Below, in pieces: positions 14,366 to 25,774 of a DNA stretch of 64,000 nt. Made by a program: the position numbers and the translations under genes. The notes beneath the pieces were generated by a model that saw only the letters and a list, made by a program, of their open reading frames with translations, was not told where the DNA came from and made no database searches. Source of the DNA: Octopus sinensis (taxonomy: Eukaryota). Position 1 is the stretch's first letter; the number at the start of each line of letters is the position of its first letter. The stretch lies in NCBI RefSeq assembly GCF_006345805.1, contig NC_042997.1:105772001-105836000 (forward strand). The letters run 5' to 3'.

Positions 14366-14972
14366 ATGCTTCCATCCACACAAACATTCATGCATATACA
14401 CATACAAGCTCACACCTGAAGACAGGATAAGGCCTTCCGGAGCAGGAAGTGCTAAATCCATTTACATCCACATCCAACACCGCCACCAATTACACATCCA
14501 TCCATCGTACAGCATCACCGCCAACGCCTCTACCGCTGCTACACCCACTATCTCGCAGTCGTCACCATCGCCAAGTCTGTTTCTAATATCCGCCATTGTA
14601 CTGCTGATCCCGGTGTCAGTCCCCCACCTCCACACACGCATACACACACACACACCCAAACATACACACTTTCACTTTCTTCTCTTTTTTTCACTCTTCC
14701 TCTGCCCCAACCCTAGTCTTTGTGGTGAGCGTTTTGTGTCAAAAGCATTGACAGAATTTCCCCGCCTCGGGCTACATTTTAAAGAAGAAAAGTATTAAGA
14801 TGAAAGCTTGTTTAAATTGAAGTGAAATTATTGTATTTATCTAAGCCGGCTCCGCTCTATTATGAGGTGTCTTCTTAGGTGAAGATCCAAGGAGGTAAAT
14901 GGGATGGATCAAGCGATTACTGTTCGGTAGCGTTTCTTTGACACATATCATTTAGCAGAAACTTACTAACGC

Positions 14973-15025
<53 letters not shown>

Positions 15026-15233
15026 TGTATGTCTGTTTGTGTTATGGTTTCTCTTTTGCCTTTGCTTATACGTATGTATGTACGTGTATGTGTGTTTCAG
15101 TGGATACCTTGTTTATGCGTGTTTCTGATAATTGTATGCTTGATTTCGTCTGTCGGTATATATACGTATGCTTATAATTAATTACATACACATACACACA
15201 AACACAAATTCACATACACACACACGTAAGCGA

Positions 15234-15265
<32 letters not shown>

Positions 15266-15959
15266 CACACACACACACACACACTCACAAACATATACCC
15301 AATGCACACCCAGACACGCTCAAATACACGTACATACATGTATGTATATGTATGTATTTACATATATATGCATACATAAATACCTACATCTTAGGTATAA
15401 AAAGGCGAAGAATGAAATTAGCAGAATTTCAATATACGTTACAATTGTTTCTATGACACTTTCCATCCACGTAGCATGTAAATGATTCCGTGTGAAGGAT
15501 CACACAATAAGTTAAATACGTCGAAGTGGCTCTTCATCAGAGTAGCATTAAATCGTGTCTCTTTGTACTGTTCAAGAATTATGTACTTTATTATATCTAG
15601 TAATGGTGACTTCGAATTTCTGTTAATAACAATTTGGCCTCGTCAAATTTCATGCTTAAAACACATACTTTCAATATAAACACACACACATACGCACACA
15701 CAAAAACACACACATACGCGTACACAAAAACGCACACACATACACACACTGAAGCGCACACATACAGAAATATATGTAGAGCTGGGTTCGTATTTACTTC
15801 ACAAGACTGTTGCCTCTGAAGCAAGTGTCTTATACTATATCCATGGGTCAACCAATGCTTTATAAATGAAGATTTGATGTGTGTTCCATCTGCATTTCTT
15901 ATGTTGATGTTCAGATATATATTCAATAGCAGTGAATCTCTATATTTATCTCAGGATAG

Positions 15960-17700
15960 TTTTTTTGGGGTCGGTTAAAAATGTTATAAACTTTTATTAA
16001 CTTTAGGCATATTTTTCTTTATTTTTCTTCGCAGGTGTATGTGTCATTGTAAACATTTTCAGCATAGCTCTTCAGATCATCTACAAAGAAATTATAGGTT
16101 ACATTGGTACCTCTTCTATTCGCACACACTAGCAAATAGCCACTCGATATTTGTAAAAGAAAGGATAACGGATAAGATGCTAGAAAGTAGATTATTTCCT
16201 TCCTTGGGATATTGCCTTTCAAATATTTTACAACAACGAAGATGATCGTTTCGCTCTCAATTTTTTCCCAGATCTTTCTAATCCTCTCAATGGCAGCGAC
16301 TAAGATATCAATTTTTTTTGTAAAGTGCTGAGACTTCAGAAACCATGAGTATGCAATAGAATCAGATGTTTTCCTATAATCAAGTCATAGAATCACAAAA
16401 CTATTTTCTTACTTTGGTCAGCACTGCTTTGTTCATCAAATGTTGTTTGGCATATCCCCATACTCCCTTCTTTCAACGTGCGTGATCGTCAATCATTATG
16501 CTATTGGACTCCCAGTGACCTTGGAGGAAAAGTTTGACACACCTTGTGCATAGCTTGAGCATAATGTTTGGCAAGTAATGGGCCTAGTTCTTTCTGCCAG
16601 CATTTTTGTAACAAAATTCATCCGTGTTATAGTAAACCAACTTGGTATGTCAATCAGGCCTTCCATAATTCTTCTGAATATACATATTAATAACTTTCTG
16701 TAGAATGTCAGACTCTTTCAAACAGAAAACAATAGTTATTGTTTTGCATTACTGTGACAGAACATATTTCTCTCTTTTCTACAATTCGTGGTAAACAATC
16801 TTGATTTATTAGAACTACGAGCGTACTTGTCTTCTCTGAATTACCGAAACCAGTAAGAAAATACTTCATGCTCTCGAAATTTCTCTCAAGAGTTATAGAT
16901 TATTAAATGGGGGGTAACTCAAATATTAGATACTCCACCAGATGTCTACTCATTTTACTACAACAATCAGAAAGTTTAAAGGACGGTTGTGCATACTTTA
17001 TTGCTAATATTCCTACTATATCCTTTCTTAATTATACTTGGCAAAGATGAATTCTGATTGAAATCTCTTTTTTCGTTCCAGACCTAAGACCAGATCAATT
17101 GAATATCTTTCTGAGCAAGTGGTTTCTTCATTGTAGGGTTATTCTTCCTTGTTCCCGGTATAATGCCTGTGACTTGGAAGCAAAGTTCTAGTCCATTACC
17201 GGCTCGCTCAAATATTTTCCTACTATGATGAAATGTTTCGCTCAGCATACCGAGTTCGTGCGTTGAAGTAATTAAAAACTTAAAACTCGACGTAAAGGAA
17301 CACCGTAGTGTTTTACTTTTTCGTATTACATGTAATTGGTGAGGTGCAAATTCATTATTTCCAATACTGTTTTATTATTGTGATTCACTTTTCAATATGG
17401 CAGCTCGGAGTGTCAACATTTTCTTCAAGGTTTGTTTTCCAACTGCGTTGCTTCTATTTAGTAATTTCATTAGTACGTTTTCTTCAGGTTTCTCTTTGAT
17501 GTTCTTTAAGAGTAATAGCAGTTATATATAGGAAGTACTAGTTATTCCAATAATTAGTATCACACGAGTCTATGTGCTCACCAGCAATATCATCGATAAT
17601 TTTTAGTATGAGAGCAGTTAGCTTTTTCTTTAATCGTCTGTTCTGACGCTCAACGAAATCTGGAAAAAATTTCAAGAGCGGTGTTTAAAAAATGCTTTTA
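15960..17700 (-). pseudogene. Heavily decayed Dong/R4-type non-LTR retrotransposon (N-terminal region and RT domains)
   Basis: Minus-strand translations give PLSFLL...GY...FFVDDLKSYA (ORF 16019-16222), DYRKTSDSI.YSWF (equivalent to DYxKAFDSxxHxW) and KKGVWG; many stops and frameshifts; the upstream (high-coordinate) boundary is uncertain. Confidence 0.65.
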
Positions 17701-18341
17701 TATTAAATATATTCCACAACCGTTATTTTGTCGAAACGATTACAAAGGGGAGATATACGAGAGTTTAGTGATGGCGGTAGCTATTTGTTTACATTATCTT
17801 TGATCTCTCTCATGGTAGATTTTGACCGGTTCTCACAGTTTAAGAAACCTGTTCATAACTATGTTTATGAATATCAGCCATGGTCGTAGAAATGAAAATC
17901 CCGTGGCGTAAAAAATATTTTGTAATCCATAAAGTAAATGGTGCTTCTCTTATTCATAAGGGAAGAAATAATTCAGTAGCTCATTTCAACTGAAGAATTG
18001 GCATAATTCTAGAATGCGCATAAAATGGCATTTTAAAAATGTCTTCTAAGCTTGCATATTTGATGTTGACAGTGCCATACATACATACATACATGCATAT
18101 ATATATACATAATAGAAATATTAAAATTACTAAGTCTCTCTAAAAGAGAACAACGGCAGCGTTCCCGGAAAATATTAGTTATCGCCATACTAATATGGCA
18201 TTCTTATAAAAATAAGAATAAAGCTGACCGCTTATTAGCTCCATGAGGCCATCGCCTTAAGTTAGCTATTTGATACACAAACTGTATCCATATAACCTTT
18301 GAACAAGGGAGGTCAGTCGCACTCCCACTACTTGGCCGGCA

Positions 18342-18381
18342 GCTACAGACGCGTTTCGGGGTATTCCCCTTTTCAATGCAG
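18342..18381 (-). ncRNA. Minimal type I hammerhead, U3-A8 core variant (copy 1)
   Basis: CUGCA-UUGAAAA-GGGG(AAUA)CCCC-GAAA-CGCG-UC-UGUAG. Confidence 0.75.
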
Positions 18382-18791
18382 TGTAGCCAAACCAGTAGGT
18401 GTCGCTTCCGACAATCTCTGTTCAAAGGTTTTATTTACCTAGCTTCGGTGGAATACATCCACTTGTTTTCAATAATAGAAATATTAAAATTACTAAGTCT
18501 CTCTAAAAGAGAACAACTAAAAGAACTCTAAAAGAGAACAAATAGCTAACTTAAGGCGATGGCCTCATGGAGCTAATAAGCGGTTAGCTTTATTCTTATT
18601 TTCATAAGAATGCCATATTAGTATGGCGATAACTAATATTTTCCGGGAACGCTGCCGTTGTTCTCTTTTAGAGAGACTTAGTAATTTTAATATTTCTATT
18701 ATTGAAAACAAGTGGATGTATTCCACCGAAACTAGGTAAATAAAACCTTTGAACAGAGATTGCCGGAAGCGACACCTACTGGTTTGGCTAC

Positions 18792-18833
18792 GCTGCATTG
18801 AAAAGGGGCAATACCCCGAAACGCGTCTGTAGC
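18792..18833 (+). ncRNA. Minimal type I hammerhead, U3-A8 core variant (copy 2)
   Basis: GCUGCA-UUGAAAA(18798-18804)-GGGG(CAAUA)CCCC-GAAA(18818-18821)-CGCG-UC(18827)-UGUAGC; palindromic stem III ACGCGU. Confidence 0.8.
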
Positions 18834-19014
18834 TGCCGGCCAAGTAGTGTGGAGCGACTGACCTCCCTTGTTCAAAGGTTATATGGATACAGTTTGTGTA
18901 TCAAATAGCTAACTTAAGGCGATGGCCTCATGGAGCTAATAAGCGGTCAGCTTTATTCTTTTTTATAAGAATGCCATATTAGTATGGCGACTATATATAC
19001 ATATATATATATAT

Positions 19015-19054
<40 letters not shown>

Positions 19055-19094
19055 ATGATGTATGTATGTATATATATATATATATATATATATA

Positions 19095-19530
19095 AAGAAA
19101 CTCGGGGAGAGCGTAACAGCAGGTGGTCCTCAGAGGAAAAACCCCTTAAGGCAGGTGTTTCGGGCCTTAACTTCTGACACTCTTGGGCGGACGGGCGGGC
19201 TACATCCGAGTCATGACTCCCGGATGTCCAGCTGCCATCCGTTTTAGCACGCTTTAGGTGGTATTGGTTTCTCTGTTTTCTAGCACGTGTTCTGCGACCT
19301 TGAAAGGGACTAAGTACCTGTTTCCAGCTGCGTACACTGGCGAGCGCTCGGACGACCCAGGTGTGAGGGTTCTTTTTTTCTAACGATCCCAACGGATTCG
19401 AACTTGGATCGCCGGCTCCAGAGGCGCAAGCTTACACGACTACGTCAAATTGGGCCAAATGAAGCATTATGTAGTTGACCTTTTTCCTCCGAGACCAGAT
19501 CCAACTTGAGGCCTTCTCCGCCGCTATTTC
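19095..19530 (-). mobile_element. GC-rich repeat-like element with a tRNA-like segment (~19460-19385) and a downstream rearranged-HHR motif
   Basis: B-box GTTCGAATCC and partial acceptor pairing GGCCCAA/TTGGGAT on the minus strand; bounded by (TA)n tracts; single copy in the window. Confidence 0.45.
19127..19180 (-). ncRNA. Candidate rearranged (non-circularly permuted) hammerhead #1
   Basis: GUG-UC-AGAAG ... C-GAAA-CAC ... UUCCU-CUGAGGA; stem III 3 bp, stem I 4 of 5 pairs. Confidence 0.5.
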
Positions 19531-19535
19531 CATGT

Positions 19536-19603
<68 letters not shown>

Positions 19604-19614
19604 TATATACCAAT

Positions 19615-20040
19615 GGAACAAAAACACAATAGAGGGCATTAAAACGTTTGGACAGATACACGATACAAAGACGGACAAGAGAAACACAATTAGAAGGATA
19701 GGCAAAAAAAGGAAAGGTCATTCGTGGCTTTCTTTCATCAGTCAAGTTCCACAAGTCATGACCATTTCGGGCAGTTACACTTGAGATGGTTCGATCTGGT
19801 TGCCTCCAAACAAGTCGAAGCTATGAGCATTAGACCTCTTTGTAAGATAGCTAGCGAATGTGTGCGGTAACAAAGAAAAAAAATAAACAGAAAAATGGAG
19901 CAAATGGTACACAATTGCGAATACAAACGACAAGAAATAACAACAGACTGAGAACAAATCAAATTCAGCTGGCGTGTATGAAGTGAAAGCCTAAAGACAG
20001 GAACATGGGAGATAGACACAAGAGATGTTGACGGCCTGTA
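19615..20040 (-). mobile_element. Penelope-like pseudo-LTR fragment with U-rich sense strand; truncated relatives at 20606-20766 and 21680-21839
   Basis: Three homologous copies in the window; carries the rearranged-HHR motif; upstream boundary approximate. Confidence 0.6.
19735..19790 (-). ncRNA. Candidate rearranged hammerhead #2
   Basis: ACCA-UC-UCAAGU ... C-GAAA-UGGU ... ACUUGA-CUGAUGA; stem III 4 bp and stem I 6 bp, both perfect. Confidence 0.65.
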
Positions 20041-20174
20041 GTCAGGTCAAGAAATCAGAGAGAAGTGGAGAAAAGGAAGGAAAATGAGGGAGGTAATAAA
20101 ATATAGAGTAAGAGTCGTACAAAATTTAGATACATACCTTCTATAAGGTGAGCACAAGGGTGTACGTACGCCGC

Positions 20175-20208
<34 letters not shown>

Positions 20209-20211
20209 GTC

Positions 20212-20435
20212 ATTATTACACATAAATGCCGCACGCTAGGAGGGACTCTTAAAGTCAAAACTACCAACATAAACATATCGTACCGAATGCAAGTCTCGAA
20301 GCAAGAGTCATTTAAAAACAGAATTTAGCTGTTTTAAATAACTTTCTTCGAGACTTGCATTAAGTACGATATGTTTATTTTGGTAGTTTTGACTTTAAGA
20401 GTCCCTCCTAGCGTGCGGCATTTATGTGTAATAAT
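20212..20435. mobile_element. Foldback/MITE-like near-perfect inverted repeat (~105-bp arms)
   Basis: ATTATTACACATAAATGCCGCACGCTAGGAGGGACTCTTAAAG... and its reverse complement, with a spacer of about 10 nt. Confidence 0.85.
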
Positions 20436-20545
20436 ATAATATAATATAAATAAATATATTCAAGTGGAAAAAATTTACAGATTTTTCTCTTATGAGGTTT
20501 TTCACGCTAACTACTTGATAATTTCTTATATAGATTTTATCCTAT

Positions 20546-20603
<58 letters not shown>

Positions 20604-20805
20604 ATGGAACAAAAACGCAATAGAGAGCATTAAAACGTTCGGACAGATAGATGAAACAAAGGCGGACAAGAGAAACAACAATTACAAGGACAGGCAAAAA
20701 AAGACAGGTAATTTATGGCTTTCTTTCATCAGTCAAGTTCCAGAAGTCACGACCATTTCGGACAGATATATCATATATATATATATATGATATATATATA
20801 TATAT

Positions 20806-21091
20806 ATCACGTGAATCACGTGACCGACCAGGCTATCAGATGTTGCTACACATCGCTGGTCACAATGCGCTTCGCATCGTTTTAGCCTTCAAATGACCGC
20901 CACCCCGCTGGCTAAGCGAGCAGGCCAACAGAAGAAAGAGTGAAAGAAAGTTGTGGCGAAAGAGTACAACAGGGATCGTCACCACCCACTGCCAGAGCCT
21001 CGTGGAGCTTTAGGTGTTTTCGTTCAATAAACACTCACAACGCCCGTCTGGGAATCGAAACCGCGATCTACGACCGCGAGTCCGCTGCCCT
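20806..21091 (-). mobile_element. tRNA-derived SINE family C, head slightly truncated
   Basis: Reverse complement matches 54421-54720. Confidence 0.85.
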
Positions 21092-21630
21092 ATTACTTAT
21101 AAAAAGTATAGCATAAGAATATATACATATATATATATATACTTATCCTATACTTTTATAAGTAATCCTCGTATGAAGCTGCACAAGCAGAATTCTAAAT
21201 GTAAAACGACAATCGAATCACATTTTTTTTTTTTTATTTTTCTTCCTTGGAGTAAAGACAAATTGATCCAAAACTGGGTGCTTATATTACCTGCTTTCTC
21301 TCTCAATGTTTTAAGGACACATATTTGAAACAAAAATAGAAATTCTCGGAGAAATAGAAAATAAAATATTACAGGAAGACCTGATATGTGACACAGAACA
21401 ACAATGATAACACATTATAATATTTGTTTAGATATTCTCATTATTTGTTCTCTGCTACAGAAATTTCACGTAAGAACAGCTGATGAAAAATGCAAGCAAA
21501 ATATTAAGTAAAAAGAAAATTGCAATTAACCAAACGTGTAAGAAAAACGCTGTGGTGTGTGTGTGTGTGTCTATATAGATATGTATGAACGTATACTATA
21601 TGTATAACAACTATAATATATATATATAAT

Positions 21631-21677
<47 letters not shown>

Positions 21678-21837
21678 ATGGAACAAAAACGCAATAGAGA
21701 GCATTAAAACGTTCGGACAGATAGATGAAACAAAGGCGGACGAAGAAAACAACAATTACAAGGACAGGCAAAAAAAGACAGGTAATTTATGGCTTTCTTT
21801 CATCAGTCAAGTTCCAGAAGTCACGACCATTTCGGAC

Positions 21838-21881
<44 letters not shown>

Positions 21882-21889
<8 letters not shown>

Positions 21890-22168
21890 ATCACGTGACC
21901 GACCAGGCTATCAGGATGTTGCTACACATCGCTGGTCACAATGCGCTTCGCATCGTTTTAGCCTTCAAATGACGCCACCCCGCTGGCTAAGCGAGCAGGC
22001 CAACAGAAGAAAGAGTGAAAGAAAGTTGTGGCGAAAGAGTACAACAGGGATCGTCACCACCCACTGCCAGAGCCTCGTGGAGCTTTAGGTGTTTTCGTTC
22101 AATAAACACTCACAACGCCCGGTCTGGGAATCGAAACCGCGATCCTACGACCGCGAGTCCGCTGCCCT
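21882..22168 (-). mobile_element. tRNA-derived SINE family C (duplicate of 20806-21091)
   Basis: Lies within the second unit of the tandem duplication. Confidence 0.85.
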
Positions 22169-22690
22169 ATTACTTATAAAAAGTATAGCATAAGTATATA
22201 CATATATATATATATATACTTATCCTATACGTTTTATAAGTAATCCTCGTATGAAGCTGCACAAGCAGAATTCTAAATGTAAAACGTACACATCGAATCA
22301 CATTTTTTTTTTTTTATTATTTCTTCCTTGGAGTAAAGACAAATTGATCCAAAACTGGGTGCTTATATTACCTGCTATTCTCTCATCAATGTTTTAAGGA
22401 CACATATTTGAAACAAAAATAGAAATTCTCGGAGAAATAGAAAATAAAATATTACAGGAAACCTGATATGTGACACAGAACAACAATGATAACACATTCT
22501 AATATTTGTTTAGATATTCTCATTATTTGTCTCTGCTACAGAAATTTCAACGTAAGAACAGCTGATGAAAAATGCAAGCAAAATATTAAGTAAAAAGAAA
22601 ATTGCAATTAACCAAACGTGTAAGAAAAAGCGTGTGTGTGTGTGTGTGTGTCTATATAGATATGTATGAACGTATACATATATGTATAAC

Positions 22691-22733
<43 letters not shown>

Positions 22734-22938
22734 GTGTGGGTGTGTGGTGTGTGTGGTGTGTGTGTGTGAATATACATATGCACGCACACACACACACATA
22801 TATATTGCATAATTTTTATCACATATATATTACATACATATATATCTATATAGTATATATATATAATATATCAAGAGCATGTATGAGTGTATAAATGTAT
22901 TCAAATATATATATGTATATATGTGTATACATATATAT

Positions 22939-22939
<1 letters not shown>

Positions 22940-22979
<40 letters not shown>

Positions 22980-23010
22980 CACAAATATGTGTATATGTAC
23001 ATGAATAAAT

Positions 23011-23086
<76 letters not shown>

Positions 23087-23323
23087 GTATTTAAGTAAGT
23101 GTGTTTACAAATGCGTGCGTGTATATATATGTATAAGTTACTCAGAAATAGAAGCCCCCTCCAGCACTCAGTCGTACACTTAAATAGCTAATGCTCAAAA
23201 AAAGAGAAACCATGATACGTAACATCTGTCCTATGGGACGACGTACCTAATTTCTTAATATGTATATTACGAAATCACTAATTATCATTGTTGTTGTTGT
23301 TGTTATCATTATTATTATTATCA

Positions 23324-23372
<49 letters not shown>

Positions 23373-23392
23373 CATTATTATTATTATTATTA

Positions 23393-23450
<58 letters not shown>

Positions 23451-23640
23451 CATCATCATCATTGTTATTATTATCATTATTAATATTATTATTATTGTTA
23501 TTATTATTATTATTATTATTATCATTATTATCATTATTATTATTATTATTATTATTATCATCATCATCATCATCATCATTGTTATTATTATTATTATTAT
23601 TATTATTAATATTATTATTATTATTATTTTATTATTATTA

Positions 23641-23717
<77 letters not shown>

Positions 23718-24230
23718 GGGCTATTTATACTATTTTGTTGCAGCAATTGTTACTGTAGATGTATTTTTTTGTTGTTGTTGTTTTTTTGTTATAAGTATAT
23801 TATCACCTTCATTATTATTGGCGTGTCTTTTGTTGTTGCTTTGTTCTTTTTAAAATTGTTAATCATCGCTTTTCTATTTTTTTAATGATTATTTTTACTC
23901 TGATTGTTCTCGGCTTGGCTTGGCTTGGTCCACCTCTCCCTCTTCATCGTCATCGTCATCCTCCTCATCCTCCTCCACATCGTCCTCATCCTCCACATCC
24001 TCATCATCATCACTGTCGTCGTTGTTGAAGACGTCGTCTTTATCATCATCGTCATCATCATCATCGTCGTCATCATCATCATCATCATCATTCATCACCA
24101 TCATCATTCATCATCAACAACAACATCAGCATAATTAGCAGTAACTGCAGCAGTAGCCGCAGCAGCAGCAGCAGCATTATCACGACCATCATCGCCATCG
24201 TCGTCATCGTCATCATCACCATTTTCTTCA
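22940..24230. repeat. Microsatellite field: (CA)n, (GATA)n ~23005-23085, long (ATT)n ~23285-23717, (CAT)/(TCC)-rich ~23940-24230
   Basis: Directly visible. Confidence 0.93.
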
Positions 24231-24869
24231 GCAATATGATTACCATCATTCCTTATACTTCGTGTCAATAACTTTATTATTGTTTCATCTCATACAAGCG
24301 TTATGCATTTTCATTTCTCTTATTTAATTTGCGAAGTGATAGTGAATGTATCCATGTATTAATGTAGACACGTTTTATGTATGCACGTACGTACGTATGT
24401 ATGTATGTTTATATATATATAATATATATAGTATATAATAATATATATATATTATATATAAAATATATATATATTATATATTTTATATATGTTATATATA
24501 TATATATAATATCACATACATGCATACATGCATGCATACATCTCTATGTGGGTTTGTGCTTGTGTGTGTTTACAAATGTTCATTTTATTTGTAATGAAAT
24601 TAGAGTGTTCTTTTCCTGTGGCTAATCAGAAATATTATGTAAAACTCCCAATGAGTTGCACGCTGTCCTTTCACATGTCATCTCCCATCGAGTCTTGCTA
24701 TTATTATTGAAATCATTATTATTATTGTTGTTGTTGTTGTTGTTTTTGTTATTATTATTATTATTATTATTATCATTATAATATTGCCTGTGTTAGTGTT
24801 GTTTCTGTAATTGTTGCTATATATATTTTTATATTTCCTTTATTTATATTTCATTCATACATATGTAAT

Positions 24870-24969
24870 NNNNNNNNNNNNNNNNNNNNNNNNNNNNNNN
24901 NNNNNNNNNNNNNNNNNNNNNNNNNNNNNNNNNNNNNNNNNNNNNNNNNNNNNNNNNNNNNNNNNNNNN
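24870..24969. other. Assembly gap (100 N placeholder)
   Basis: Exactly 100 N; true gap size and contiguity across it are unknown. Confidence 0.99.
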
Positions 24970-25647
24970 GAAACTGCGTCCATCACTCTGATAACGGTTC
25001 TCTTTTTCCTTGCTTTTAACTTCATTTATTTTAATATTACTGTTGTTCTTGTTGTTGCTATTGTTGTTGTTGTTGTTTTCTTGCTGTTGTTCTTTTTGTT
25101 GTCTAATTACCCCCTTTTGTTGTCAGTCCAGATGCGAGTAGATAATTTCTTCACATTGCCGTTGAACACACAGGTACACACACGTACACACACAAACACA
25201 CTCTCACACGCAAGCACACTTACACAAGCATACACACATACGCAAAACACTTACACACAATCACACATACACACAATCACACAAACACACTAAGACGCTA
25301 TTCCCGTTTATCAAAAATCTAAAAGAAAAGAACACGATCCCATGCAAAGCCGCTTCGTTGCTATTTCAAATACGACCATATTGTTTTCGTTTATTTACTT
25401 CATTTAGCATGCCTATTGAACACGTCCGTGTATGCGTGTGTATTTAAATGCTAGATATACATTATATTCTTCTCCCTCTTTACTTTTTTCAGTATGCACA
25501 CATATATACATATATATATGCATACATATCTACATACCTATATATATATCTATATATATATATATATAGATATATATATAATAATATATATATATATAAA
25601 TAAACATACACACACCGCACACACATATATGCATTGGAAGTTAATGG

Positions 25648-25709
<62 letters not shown>

Positions 25710-25774
25710 CATACATACATACATACATACATACATACATACATACATACATAGACAGACAGACAGATAAGCGG

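Larger units (their letters stand above)
18110..18990. mobile_element. Non-coding Penelope/retrozyme-like element: 363-bp unit in two divergent partial-tandem arms (minus 18110-18517; plus 18541-18990)
   Basis: Direct period of 363 bp in both arms (AATAGAAATATT at 18111 and 18474; AATAGCTAAC at 18541 and 18904); the arms are reverse complements; each holds one HHR. Confidence 0.85.
20606..22690 (+). repeat. Tandem duplication, period ~1.07-1.08 kb (20606-21608 / 21680-22690)
   Basis: Two near-identical units, each with a PLE-like fragment, a family C SINE and unique flank. Confidence 0.95.
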
